DNA of 63,853 bases, counting the filler, from Basidiobolus ranarum (lineage: Eukaryota): assembly GCA_040143965.1 (NCBI GenBank). It is 37 parts of 37 records of this genome, joined end to end, with 100 filler letters (N's around TTAATTAATTAA, not from the genome) between each part and the next. Parts side by side here need not be neighbours in the genome. Positions count along the whole stretch, not along the records: positions 1 to 1,637 come from JASJQH010011535.1; positions 1,738 to 3,374 come from JASJQH010011536.1; positions 3,475 to 5,110 come from JASJQH010011537.1; positions 5,211 to 6,846 come from JASJQH010011538.1; positions 6,947 to 8,581 come from JASJQH010011539.1; positions 8,682 to 10,316 come from JASJQH010011540.1; positions 10,417 to 12,051 come from JASJQH010011541.1; 30 more parts are not named here. One strand, given 5' to 3'. The notes beneath the pieces were generated by a model. It was not told the DNA's origin, made no database searches, and saw only the letters and a program-made list of their open reading frames with translations. The translations under genes and the position numbers were made by a program. Shown piece after piece: positions 1 to 12,151 of the stretch; the stretch's first letter is position 1; every line of letters begins with the position of its first letter.

Positions 1-1
1 A

Positions 2-136
2 AATAGTTTTCGTAAACTAAGTCGATCTTGGATTGATCCTGTCGCGATTGCCTCGCCGGAAGATAGAGCACATATTGAAAGGATGATGCCATTGACATAT
101 CGCGATCGAAGTGTCGCAGAGCCATTGTTCGAATGA
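2..136 (+). CDS. possible 3' end of an unidentified host gene (partial)
   Basis: CpG-rich open frame from the window edge, NSFRKLSRSWIDPVAIASPEDRAHIERMMPLTYRDRSVAEPLFE*, followed by AT-rich sequence. No family recognised, and minus-strand frames are also open. Confidence 0.3.
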   Translation, partial: NSFRKLSRSWIDPVAIASPEDRAHIERMMPLTYRDRSVAEPLFE

Positions 137-813
137 AACGGTTGATTTACAAGCTTCTCTGTAAGTGTTTGAGAATCTTTAACAGTAAGCTAGGTATTCT
201 TGTTGCTCCTATAATGTTGAGAACGATGACTAGGGCTATGATTTAGTGATGTTTGCATACGAGTAATTGGGTGCTTCCAATCTAAGGTCTGTTCAATGAG
301 CAGTTTACTGTAATCAAAAGCTTTCAATGTCGATGTTGCATACTTGAGCTAACTCTATGCTATTGTGTCTGGGTTTTAGTATGGTAAAGTTAAAAATACC
401 AGAAGCAATTAGCAATATTGGTAATGTAGTTGATCAGTTTATTACTGATCTCATTTTATCTCTGAAATGATATATAATGTTATCATCAAAATAATATATC
501 TTATATATCTCATATTCCCATCACTCTTTCTAGATACTGTTCACTAAATTTGGCCATTATGCTTAAGCAATGGCTAGGAACATGTAAAATTTTACATAAT
601 AAAACTATTCACAATCCATCAAGTGAGGGTTATGGGAGAATGAACATGTACCTAGTGGTATAATGTTTATATAAATTAACAGTGGACTTAAACAAAGAAG
701 CTATTAGGAGCTGATTACTCTGCTACTTGAGATATGGAGTAAGGGTGGGCAAGGATGAAAAGGAGGGGGATTAAGATATAATCCTGCAATACACCCTTCT
801 CTTATAATATATT

Positions 814-1491
814 TCCTAACAGAATTTTGAGGATTGTTACTGTAAGGAAACAGTCACAATTTTAATCCATTTTGGATTGACCATTTACTTACCATCATAA
901 AATTGTCAAGTTAGATTTGATTGTAATCAGTTTTTTCAGTTTCAGGAGTGAAATTTCACAATCTTGCAAAACAGCTGCACATGAATGGCTACAATCTCAG
1001 AAATCTATGGATCAATACATGTGTAAAAAGTGTAACTCAAAGTTTACACATTTTTCACTTGAACACTAATTTGTCACCTTCAAAATCACTACTTTCTTTG
1101 ATATATTCTCCTGAATATTTTTATAGAGTTCTTCATACCCAAGGTTTAGCTCATATCCAACATAAGTTTATACTAAAATTGCCATCAAAGCCCACTATTC
1201 TATTATAGTTGCTAAATCAACATTCTTCCAGCTATGTGTCAGATATCCAGGAACATTGTATCACTCTGTATTAAGTTCTTTGCATGGTCAATACTGGACT
1301 GAATATCAAGTTGAATGTTTTTCTGCTGAAGCCTCTTTCAGTGTACTTGCACTATATCTTTCCCTTCATACTTTTAAAAATACTATTGAAGCACTCTTCC
1401 TATTTTTATAGATCCTTGTATTGTCACACTACTCAGTATGCTTTGTAGTGGTAGAGTGGCTTTTTGCTTACCTCTAAGTTTGAGGCTAATT
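814..1491 (+). mobile_element. CACTA/En-Spm family, left terminus plus decayed 3' end of ORF2
   Basis: Begins TCCTAACAGAATTTTGAGG, matching CCCTAACAGAAATTTGAGG at 21896. Colinear with the copies at 21896-22442 and 36806-37998. Confidence 0.85.
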
Positions 1492-1637
1492 TCAGTTTTC
1501 TGGGTCCACAAATCTGTCTGGCTGGCCCATATAGATCTCCTCAGCAAGCTCACCATTCAAAAAGGCAGTTTTAACATCCATTTGATGTATAATAAACTGA
1601 TATTTAGCTGAAATTGCTAAAATCAATCTAATTGAAT
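1492..1637 (-). pseudogene. Ty1/Copia reverse transcriptase fragment
   Basis: Minus strand reads IRLILAISAKYQFIIHQMDVKTAFLNGELAEEIYMGQP (RVT_2 QMDVKTAFLNG motif). Confidence 0.9.
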
Positions 1638-1737
1638 NNNNNNNNNNNNNNNNNNNNNNNNNNNNNNNNNNNNNNNNNNNNTTAATTAATTAANNNNNNN
1701 NNNNNNNNNNNNNNNNNNNNNNNNNNNNNNNNNNNNN
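1638..1737. other. artificial contig spacer (first of 36)
   Basis: 44 N + TTAATTAATTAA (stops in all six frames) + 44 N, recurring about every 1.72-1.74 kb. Contig lengths fall from 1637 to 1621 bp. Confidence 0.99.
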
Positions 1738-1739
1738 GT

Positions 1740-2057
1740 GGGATGTTTGAAAAGACTTTGAACTTGCCTATCCCGTTAGAATCCGAAAGTGTTCATTTTG
1801 ATTGTTGCACTGAGCTGATCAAAATTCAGCATAAACTGAAGATGCGAGTTGAGATAGATTCCTTAGAAGAGAAGGAGAAGGTGTTTTATGTCGAGTTCCC
1901 CATTATTATCATGGCTGAATCAAACAATGGTCCTGACCAGAGCCTTCCTATTTACACACCTGAGTGGCTTTCAAATCCGTATGCCAGAAGAATGTCTCTT
2001 CCACCTTCATATGACTGTGTGGGCCCTACATTTAGTGCTGTAATGACTGCACCATGA
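1740..2057 (+). CDS. alpha-arrestin family protein, C-terminal part (5' truncated)
   Basis: Arrestin_C-like strands (FDCCTELIKIQHKLKMRVEI...EFPIII) followed by a tail with LPIY and PPSY (PY) motifs. Normal CpG content, stop at 2055-2057. Confidence 0.8.
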   Translation, partial: GMFEKTLNLPIPLESESVHFDCCTELIKIQHKLKMRVEIDSLEEKEKVFYVEFPIIIMAESNNGPDQSLPIYTPEWLSNPYARRMSLPPSYDCVGPTFSAVMTAP

Positions 2058-4359
2058 GGTGTGCACTAATTTATAACAGTGTTTACATTCTCACATTTAA
2101 CCTGTATCTCACCTATTTCAGCAATCACATACTATATATATCCTGTACCAAACACTTAAGTTATAACCTCCGCTAGCTACCACTGTTACTTTAGTTAATC
2201 CTAATTTATTATTCGTTATTATGCGGCCCTATTGTATTTTTAGGCCTTTATTCAATTTCTATTGAAGTTATAAATAGATTCCTATCCAGTTAACCATCAA
2301 ATTTCGAAATATGAATACTGATAAACAAGTTTTTTTTACTTTGCTAAAGAACTTGTATATTGCAAAATACCTATATATCTCTATACTCTACAGATCGTTA
2401 CCATAACTCTAGTGGAACTGTGCTAAATCGATCAGATTTTTATCTCCTACTGATAGGTCGTAATTTCTCTTCAGCCTATAATGTAGAAATAACATTTTAT
2501 GCCTGCCATAGGAATTATCGATTTGAAATCAAGGATTGCAATAAATTTAATCGGATATTTAATTGAAGTCAAATTGATATAGTGAAATCTACGAATAAAA
2601 CATTTAATTTGACGCAGGTGTCGAAACTGGCTATCAGTCCTCAAGCGTAGTCACATCTTTAGTAACCCGAAGTTTGAGTGGCTTTAAATTATTCAATTTA
2701 CCTAAAAAATAGAACATTCTCTTGGGCCATATATATATATGTGTTTCTAATCTAATATTTAATTAAAGTTTACAGAGATAGGTATGTTGCTTTTATGCCT
2801 CGCTCCACTACTGAGCAGATTATTCTTTCATTGTTTAATCTTGTCAATAGGATAATCTCTGGCCATAGTCTTACAAGACATTAACATTCTTCCCTAGAAG
2901 TCTAGTAAAATCTGCTACTTGAAAGAATCATAGCGTTCCTTTGGTTATATCCTATAGATAAGGAAAGATAAGAGAGATTTGTTGAACTTTACCCATAAGC
3001 TCAATTTGTTTTTATCACAAGTACCACTTCTGTTCAGTCATGACAAAAGTACCATTGGTAATAGTCAAAAGTTACCGTTGTGTGATTGGTTCTAGGATGG
3101 TCATCTTCAAATTTACCGTGATTAGTTACCGTGTTATGAATGAAGTGTCATATTTCAAATCTATTAGTCATGTTCTTGATGTCTTCCATCTAAGCCCGAG
3201 TGTCACTCAAGCATTCTTACAAAACTCATAAGAAAACCCAGGCTATCTTCTGATGTCACAAAGCCAGTAAATCACAACAGCAGACAAAACTCTCATCCAC
3301 CCCTGGTAGCTCGCAACAGCCATGAAAGCATCGGCATCGATGATACTAGCCTCTGGATCACCTGTGTGGTACTTNNNNNNNNNNNNNNNNNNNNNNNNNN
3401 NNNNNNNNNNNNNNNNNNTTAATTAATTAANNNNNNNNNNNNNNNNNNNNNNNNNNNNNNNNNNNNNNNNNNNNTAGGAATGGAAAGAATGGGTTTCTTT
3501 TTAAATAGTAAATTATAGGAAAGATCCCTTGTAAGTGATAAAGGGATATGTGATGCGAGCCATCAATGTCAGGTAAGCCTCTCACTGTTAAGAGACAAAG
3601 AGATGTCTCTCCTGAATTGACTAGATATTTGTAAGACCAATGGCGCATTTCTTGGGTATTTTTTAAAATCCTTACTTGATTTCCCCACCATATCAACTAT
3701 GTATCAGTTAGTAATTGGAAACTTCGATGATTGAAATAATGGGTCTCGTGTTAGGATTAACTTCCGATCTGTGGTGATACCCCGCACTGCACAGCAAGTA
3801 CGTGAAGGCCAAATGAGGTACGTGAGCAGGAGTAATGTCAACAATAAAACACATACTACAGCTGTTCATACGTAAGATTGGCCATGTTATGTACAGCCAC
3901 TGACTGTAATTTGCTATTCGTCATCCAAATATCTTGACCCTTATGTCTGACTGACTCTATCTCTGATCGATAGAATGCTGACTAGGTCACACTTTCAGCA
4001 AGTCTTTCCAAGTTTCCAAATGCTACGAGTGCAATCTAGTAAAAATAATCTGACAGTGGGAAGTGGAATATTACGCTACTTTTATAATTCATTCTCCTAT
4101 CATACCCATAGATTAGGGTTATTATTATTATGCCTTCAATATCTTAAATATCCTAGCAATTTATTAGCAAGATTATTGTACAGTTTGGCACAATTGGGTG
4201 CTATTGGCCAGATGACAAATATCAATTTGAAGTTTGTTTAATACATATTGCTTTTCCAAAGAACTCAAACATTATAATCCTTGGTTTAGCTATTTTTGAT
4301 CACTTGCTACATTTTGGCAACATCTTCTTGATTGATGATAGAAAGCTACATGTAGGCAT

Positions 4360-4890
4360 ATAATTGAGTTCATAAATAGTGGAAAGTTGACATTTATAGT
4401 CTTGTCAAGATGTAAGTAAACTAACCTATGGAATATGATAAAGAAGGTCCCAGAAACATGTGTGCAAAGTTTGGGGCTTCTAGCACAAGTTTGAAAAATC
4501 CAAATAGCTGAATATTTTTACCAACTTAAAAGTTCTCAAAGTAAACTTCAATTGAGAATAATGGGTGATATCTTAGTGAAGTATAGGATAACTAAATACT
4601 ATGCTATATATCACTATATAGGTGCTTAGGCAATGCTAATTTTAACACTCTCCCTCAAATAAATAGTCATATAAACTAATCCTAAGGAGGGTCTAAATTT
4701 CTCAAATTTCTGCCTAGCAAATGGTTTGGTTAATATATAAGCAATTATATTTTCTGTAGAATAATGAGTTAAGTCAATAAACATATTCTTTATAGTCTCT
4801 CTAATGAAATGATGTCTTATATATATGTTTGCTTCTAGTATCAGACATGGGTTCTCTAGCTAATTTGACTCAACTTTGATTATCTTGAAA
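4360..4890 (-). mobile_element. Ty1/Copia (family B) 3' end: RNase H remnant, PPT and 3' LTR
   Basis: Minus strand reads QDNQS...SKHI.IRHHFIRE...AYILTKP, then PPT GAGGGAGAG (4656-4648), then an LTR starting TGTTAAAATTAGCATTGCC at 4647. The LTR is homologous to 29252-29360 and 53760-53950. Confidence 0.85.
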
Positions 4891-4891
4891 T

Positions 4892-5110
4892 TGTTGGAGG
4901 ATCTTGCATTATGGGGGTAGACTTTGGGTATTAGAAGCAACTTATGATAGTGTGTTTTAGTTACTTTATTCTTAAAAGTATATGGTGACTTATATAGTTG
5001 AAAAGTAAATCAATTGTCTGAGATATTCAGGAGTTTGTGTAATAAGATATAATAGATAAGTGGGGGTAATAAGACATACTTGTTATATAGATATAGAGAT
5101 ATTCCTATTT
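4892..5110 (-). mobile_element. LTR fragment of a further family, inserted in the Copia RNase H
   Basis: Minus strand has TATA-like and AATAAA motifs and ends ...CCTCCAACA exactly where the RNase H frame is interrupted. Confidence 0.55.
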
Positions 5111-5210
5111 NNNNNNNNNNNNNNNNNNNNNNNNNNNNNNNNNNNNNNNNNNNNTTAATTAATTAANNNNNNNNNNNNNNNNNNNNNNNNNNNNNNNNNN
5201 NNNNNNNNNN

Positions 5211-6846
5211 CATATATTGCAATCTCTGCTGTAATACCTATCTGTAAAGCTGCCTGTTACACTCCTGCTACCAAATTCCAAGTCAATAAAAACAGCTACA
5301 CTTCTTGATTCTGGTGCTTTTTCCTGTCTTATTGACTCTGTCTTTGTGATATCCTACTCCATCCCAACAATCAAGAAGTCTGGTCCAGTCCTTGTAGAAG
5401 TAAATTGATGGAAGGCTGCCATCATAGGGTGCTGTAACACATGAGACCACCTCTGTGACACTCATGACCACTGCTTATCAAGAAGAAAAAGACTTTGATA
5501 TCATATCTTCACCATACCACCCTGTCATCCTTAGTATCTCATGGCTCATGTGGCACAACCCAGTAATCAACTGGAGGAAGAAGATTTCACATTCAAAGAA
5601 GCTCCCCCTCCTAGTCCATATTTGCCAGTCTGTAGAATATCCAATTCATTTTCAGCCCAAATCCTCAAAACTTCCATGAATTCAATATCCATTTACAATG
5701 TTGCTTAAGAGCTGATATCAACAAAACCTATGGTTCATAAACTCCCACCCAGATACTTAGCCTTTGCTGATGTCCTTGACAAGAAGAAATACAGTATACT
5801 CACAGCTCATTGCCCATACAATTGGCCTGTAGATCTACAAGAAGGAAAACAACCACCATTTGGGACTATCTACTGGCTGACCCAGCCAGAACTCAACAGT
5901 CTGAAAGATTATATTGCAGAAAATCTGGAGAAAGGATTTATCCAAAATTCAAAGTCTCAAGCAGGCTCTCCAATCTTATTTTTTAATAAGAAGGATGGAT
6001 CCCTCCATCTTTGTGTTGATTATTGAGGCCTAAATAGCATTACAGTCAAACATTGGTACCCTTGCCATTGATTGACTCATTCTTGGATCAGCTTGCTTCA
6101 GCCAAGGTATTTACAACAATTGATCAAAGAGGTTCTTAATATCTTGTAAGATTCTACCAAGGAGAACAATTGAAACTGCCTTTTGAACTTGCTATGGACA
6201 CTTTGGATACAATGTCATGCCATTTAGACTTACCAATGCCCCTGCAGGCTTTCAACACATGATGAATAACATCTTCAGAGAGTATCTTGACCAATATGCA
6301 GTGATCTGCCTTCACAATGTGTTGGTCTTCCTATACTCTTAAGAAGTGCATAATATTCATGTTTTCCAAGTCCTATAAAAGTTGAAATCCTCTGATCTCT
6401 ATGCTAAACTTGAGAAATGTGAATATAACCAATCTCAAGTTGAACTCCTTGGATATAACAGCAGCCCATCAGGCATCTCCATGGGCCCTAAGAAGGTTGA
6501 ATCTGTTTAGTCTTGGGATACTCTCAAGAATGTGAAGGATGTACAATCTTTCCTAGGATTTGCAAACTTTTACCAACTGTTTGTCAAGAACTTCTTTAAA
6601 ATATCTGCTCTATTAAAAAACCTTACCAAGAAAGAACTCCCATATCACTGGAACCCATCTTGCCAACAAGCATTTGTATCTTTAAAAAATGCTTTGAGCT
6701 GAGCACCAATCCTGGTATGCTCCAAGCTAAACAAGCCATTTATTGTTGAAACTGATGCATCTAACTTTGCTCTAGGAGCAGAGCTTTCATAGTATGGTGA
6801 TGACAACTCATTGCACCCTGTTGCCTTTTACTCACAAAGGTTCTCT
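5211..6846 (+). pseudogene. Ty3/Gypsy pol: protease, RT and RNase H (degenerate)
   Basis: LLDSGA protease, PILFFNKKDGSLHLCVDY, YNVMPFRLTNAPA, decayed YLDD (VICLHNVLV) and PFIVETDASNFALGA. Many stops and frameshifts. Confidence 0.95.
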
Positions 6847-6946
6847 NNNNNNNNNNNNNNNNNNNNNNNNNNNNNNNNNNNNNNNNNNNNTTAATTAATT
6901 AANNNNNNNNNNNNNNNNNNNNNNNNNNNNNNNNNNNNNNNNNNNN

Positions 6947-7852
6947 CCCAATCTGATGGCCAAACAGAAAGAGTCAATCAAGTTTTGGAACAATATTTGC
7001 AATGCACTATCAACTATAATCAAGATAATTGGACACAACTCTTGCCTCTTGCTGAATATGGTTACAAGAACTCTTTTCATACCTCAACAATGCAAACCCT
7101 TTGTTTGCAAACTATGGATACCATTCTTGTTTCACAATTCACCCACCATCCAATCTACCTTGCCCTGCTGCCTCAGACCATGCCACTTTCCTTAAGGACA
7201 TCCATCAACATTTAATATCCAAGTTGGAGCATGCTCAATCCCAATACAAGAACATTGCTGATATGAAAAGAAAGCCAAGCCCAGATTGCAAGCCAGGAGA
7301 TTATGTTTGGCTACTGCGGAAATATATCAAAACCACTTGACCTTGTGATAAACTCAATCATAAAAGACTAGGGCCTCTTAAGATTATTAAGCAAATCAAT
7401 TCAGCAGCCTTCTGCCTTGAACTCCCAGCCCATTTCAAAGTCCACATTGTATTCCATGTGTCACTAAGAGAGACACATGCCATAAATGCCTTCCAGGGCC
7501 AATCCATTGACCCACCCCCAGCACTCCAAGTGGAAGAACAGCCTGAATATGAAGTTAGCAAAATTCTAGATTTCAGAATTTATTGACGTAAATTGCAATA
7601 TTTAGTGGACTGGAAGGGATACTCAACAAATGATCAATCATGGGAGCCTGCAACAAATCTTTCCAATTCTAAGGAACTTTGTCAGGAGTTTCATGAAGCC
7701 TACCCAGAAAAACCTGGCCCTATAATGTCTGGAAGCCATCACTAAAGAAGGGGATACTGTCATGATTCTGATCTTGGCATACTGGTCCACTGCAAATAGA
7801 ACTGTTCTATTATTAGATTATGACATCATATTTGCTGTGCCATACCTTCTTG
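6947..7852 (+). mobile_element. Ty3/Gypsy chromovirus 3' end: integrase, chromodomain, PPT and start of 3' LTR
   Basis: [24 protein letters not shown] and VFHVSL (GPY/F region), chromodomain EYEVSKILD...QYLVDWKGY...SWEP, PPT AAAGAAGGGGA, and LTR TGTCATGA from 7758. Confidence 0.95.
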
Positions 7853-8581
7853 GGTTAAGGAAACTCCAGAGTATACTAATCTTCCAACAAAGGGCTCTTT
7901 GCAATGTGCTTATGGGTTTTTGCATTGTTTGAGCACAATAACAGCACCAAAGCTCTATCCATGGACACAGAGTTAGTACCTCTATAATTCTGACTAACTT
8001 GTTTCTATAATAATCTGTTGGCATTTTCAGGTAAGCTGCAAGATAGACTTCTTGATCAGATAGATCAAGACAGGCAGTATTATTGCTTTAGCCATGGGGT
8101 AATCTATTCATGCAATGACACCTCTACTTGTGGCAGGAAATTTGTTGACTGCAAGTTAGGGAAATATTGGCTGAATTTGTTATGGAAATTTGCTAAAATC
8201 CAAGAGCTTATTCCCATTGGAATGGTAACAAAAGTCAGCAATTTGCAAGTGTCAGTGCTATTCAAAATTTCAGATGTTTAGCAATTATTCCACTGTTAGT
8301 TTGCTGGTAAAGTATATTGATGTTGTTGATTTATGTCTAATCAGTCAAGTATGTGCATATGTAGAGACTAAACACAACAAGATACTTGTATTTTTTGATC
8401 CTCATTATGGCTGAAATAAAAAGCCTAAAATATCTAAATAAAGGCATGCATATTAATTCAAATTCCTACAGCAGTAAACGCAGTAATTGGCCATTCAAAA
8501 ATTAGATTTTTGCAAAAATTGCTGGATATTGAATAATGCATGCCAAATTTGAGGATCAATATTTTAACATATATGAATACC
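7853..8581 (+). mobile_element. CACTA family right arm (probable transposase 3' region)
   Basis: Homologous to 24986-25902, 26859-27631 and 47630-48351, which end in the right terminus. Confidence 0.75.
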
Positions 8582-8681
8582 NNNNNNNNNNNNNNNNNNN
8601 NNNNNNNNNNNNNNNNNNNNNNNNNTTAATTAATTAANNNNNNNNNNNNNNNNNNNNNNNNNNNNNNNNNNNNNNNNNNNN

Positions 8682-10316
8682 ATAAGCCACATGAAATAAG
8701 TCAAGAACCTTCAGAGTAATGCCTGGTTTTTGGTTTTTCCACAATTGACTCAAATCCAGGTGATTTCAGGCAAGATTCCGCACAGTTTCCAAAATGTTAA
8801 ACCACTCATCATCAGAGCAAGTGATGGCAGCTCTGACATTCAGAGTCTTTTGGTTTGCCAGTTTTCCTATGAGATTTCTACTTTCATGTGCCCAAGCAAT
8901 TTTGGGTTGTTGTGTAGGCTTAATGGTCCAACACATATTCTGCTCTGCTAGATTGTCATGGTGACATTTGTATGTATGGTGTGGGATTGATTGAAATCCT
9001 GTATGAGAATGGACAGAGGGAGCAGCATGTTGCTGTAGCTCAAGTACAGCATTCTGGAGGTCTTGTATCATTGTTGAGTGACTCTCTAACTGTTGGCTAG
9101 TTGCTTGCAAACACTGCATTAATTGCAATATTGTGGCATTATTACTTGTCATGGCCTGTATAGCAACTTCATAGTTTTTACTTATGATTGCATACAAGTC
9201 ATGACAGTGTTCTGCCTGCAATTCCCTTGTTGTAATAATTCTATCCAAATTTTCTATGGAGGGTTGTTCAATAGTGGGCAAAGTAGCCACTTTGGAAGTT
9301 GATGGTTTTGATGGTTTTTGGTTGAACTTTGCTCAACTATTGATTTAGTACATAATTGGGGGATTACAATCTCTTTACTTGCACTATTGCTGGAAAGGAA
9401 CCCATTGGGTAAGCGGATTAATGCTTCATCATTATTTGAGTTAGTTCCTGGCATGTTAATGCCTTCCAAAGCGGATAGTGGATTGCTAGACTGCTCATCA
9501 ATTAAGTCCTCTGTTATTGCTGGTTTTTTTCCTTTTGTGCCAACAGGCTTTGGCCTGGAAGCCAATTTTGATTTAGATTTTGAATGCTTTTTAAATGGCA
9601 TTTAAATCTTCAGATGGTAAGCTTGGTGTAATAAAATTGCTTAGAAACAACTTATATTAGACCAAAATTGCCATATATTACCGGAAAAATCAAGTAAATC
9701 CCCTGATCACTCATCTGTGAGACTGTCTCAGAATCAGCTGATGATATTGATGGGCTATACCTAAAATACCACCCTTATGTAAGAGGTATTCTTTGTTCTA
9801 CAATATCCTTCTCATGCCACAACAAAAATATTTAAAGAAGCCCTGAAGTCATTTTCACAAATTCTTGTGTTATCAAAGCAGCTTCATAGAAAAAATGATC
9901 ATAAGCACAGTCACTGTACAAAGCCACCAGCTGCACAAAGCCTGTTGTACAACAACAGTAATAAGTGCACAAAATTAACTGTAGCTTTGCCCATTAAGTC
10001 CATGACTGTACTTTGCCTCAAAGTTTTGTTAACACTGCCAAAAGTCAAGATACCATGGAGTTACCACAGTTATATGAACAGAATGATATAGGTAGATATG
10101 CAACTTTGGTCAAACCAGTAAGTCTAGACAACTTTGAGGACTTGCTGTTAGATGTTGACCTTGTTTATTCCAGTACCAATGGTAGTATAGTAGAAGTTGA
10201 AGAAGAAGACAATGGTTTTGTTATGGACTCTTTGTTATTGGCAAACATTAGTCCACTCATAACACTTACTGTAAAGGAAGCAGCTTTGATTATTGAGGAG
10301 TGGAGAGTTCAATCCA
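8682..10316 (+). mobile_element. CACTA family core: ORF2 (minus, ATG 9601) divergent from transposase 5' end (plus, ATG 9814)
   Basis: MPFKKHSK... on minus and MPQ...KPPAAQSL...EEWRVQS on plus. The same arrangement occurs in six other contigs. Confidence 0.85.
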
Positions 10317-10752
10317 NNNNNNNNNNNNNNNNNNNNNNNNNNNNNNNNNNNNNNNNNNNNTTAATTAATTAANNNNNNNNNNNNNNNNNNNNNNNNNNNN
10401 NNNNNNNNNNNNNNNNTTTTTACAACTTGTTGTCCATTTTCAGCAAAAAAATTCGAGCTGGCGTAACTCAAATAAATTCTATTACGTTAATATTGTCAAA
10501 TATTTTTTTGTTATCCGAGATTTATATGTTAAATTTTGGATCCATGATAACCACTTTTGGTTGGTTAAAACTGGAAATAAGATTATTTGTAAATATAATT
10601 GCGCTATTGTGGTATACAAATAAATCAAGACATAATATCGCAGCATTGTCCTAAACTATATCTGTTTATTACTTTTCTTTATTACTATATACATATATGC
10701 ACATTCCCTGGTTGGTGTCATATAGGTTTGTTCTCCGGTACTGATAACAAGT

Positions 10753-10825
10753 GCCCGGCTAGCTCAATCGGTAGAGCGTAAGACTCTTAATCTTAAGGTT
10801 GTGGGTTCGACCCCCACGTTGGGTG
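10753..10825 (+). tRNA. tRNA-Lys(CTT)
   Basis: GCCCGGC acceptor stem, AGCTCAATCGGTAGAGC D arm, anticodon arm TAAGA-CTCTTAA-TCTTA, GGTTCGACCC T loop. 73 nt, with a T-run downstream. Confidence 0.97.
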
Positions 10826-11317
10826 CAATGTCTCTTTTTACTTGTATTTACTTTAGTCAAGCATATCTTTTTCTCTGGTCTTTATCTTTTTTTTCTTCAT
10901 TTGATGGATCGAGTGTGCACAGCCAATCCCTAGATCATCCGAGCAAATTTCTCACCAACCCCATTCAATGCAATCAACAATCATTTCACCGATCAAACCG
11001 ATTCTTACTACTTGTGATGGATGGAGATAGAGTATAAAGAGTAGTGTACGCTCGCTACATTAGATACTAAACGCTTGCCTTCCTACCAAAGAGTACTCTA
11101 ACATCTCTAGACCGTATAGGCTATTATAACACAACACAGAAATTGCATAGATATACTAAGCATACACTGCTGAGCTTTTCCATGATGCATCGTGCTCGAT
11201 TTACTACCATCATCTTCGCTTTGATGATTGAAATTCAAAAATTCTCAGGGGCTATCAAAAAAGTTGGTGCAATTTCAAGAGACAAAGCCTATTATTCGCA
11301 AGTAGAATTACCAAAAT

Positions 11318-11388
11318 TGCATACTCGGGGAATCGAACCCCGGTCTACCGCGTGGCAGGCGGTAATTATACCACTAAACCAAGTATGC
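11318..11388 (-). tRNA. tRNA-Gly(GCC)
   Basis: Reverse complement GCATACTTGGTTTAGTGGTATAATTACCGCCTGCCACGCGGTAGACCGGGGTTCGATTCCCCGAGTATGCA. Anticodon arm ACCGC-CTGCCAC-GCGGT, 71 nt. Confidence 0.97.
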
Positions 11389-11609
11389 TTCAGTTATGTT
11401 TGGAAGAGTACCTTTACAACTTTAACCTCGGAGCACACCTGCTCATTGTACCCCCAATCAAAGTAGCATTTGTCTGGAAAGTTTGGATGCGCAAGTACTG
11501 GTCTGGTCTGGTCTGGCTTGGTGTTGATGGTAATCCCTCGCCCTCAAAAATCTTGCAATGATACTTGCTACTTAGATAACCAGCAGAAAAAATACTAAAA
11601 GTTAATGAA

Positions 11610-11691
11610 CGACGCCTGCAGGATTCGAACCTGCGCTCCCATAGGGAAATGCCTTAGCAGGGCACCGCGTTAACCACTCCGCCAAAGCGTC
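11610..11691 (-). tRNA. tRNA-Ser(GCT)
   Basis: Reverse complement GACGCTTTGGCGGAGTGGTTAACGCG-GTGCC-CTGCTAA-GGCAT, long variable arm, GCAGGTTCGAATCCTGC-AGGCGTCG. 82 nt. Confidence 0.97.
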
Positions 11692-12151
11692 AATCAAGTA
11701 TCCTTTGCCAGTGAAAGTTTTGGAATTTTTGCCTAACCTTGCGTAAGACAGAGTCTACCCAGCCCCTGATTGTGCAATCAAGTCTAGGTTGACTATGAGT
11801 GAAGGTTGGCGAGAAGAAATGTGTGATACCTTGGGTAAGGTAGAGATACGATGATGCTTTTATGAGCTGAATAATGGTAGTCGGCAGTGTGTGTGATCAT
11901 GGGGACTTCCAGTGCTTCTTCTATAAGAAGATTTACAATAATTCAACTTCAACCACCACCCTAAGACAATATCGTTTGTTGTGAAGAATGAGAAGAAGGA
12001 GAGAGCTTAATATTCTCACCACTTCTCCACATACTCACTTCAGGCAATATCNNNNNNNNNNNNNNNNNNNNNNNNNNNNNNNNNNNNNNNNNNNNTTAAT
12101 TAATTAANNNNNNNNNNNNNNNNNNNNNNNNNNNNNNNNNNNNNNNNNNNN

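Noticed and set aside
1682-1693. Regularly spaced TTAATTAATTAA palindrome and ORFs ending in X...LIN
   Set aside because: Artificial linker. ORFs and apparent neighbourhoods across spacers have no biological meaning.
3243-3374. Short minus-strand open frame at a contig end (KYHTGDPEASIIDADAF...)
   Set aside because: Too short and unrecognised to support a gene call.
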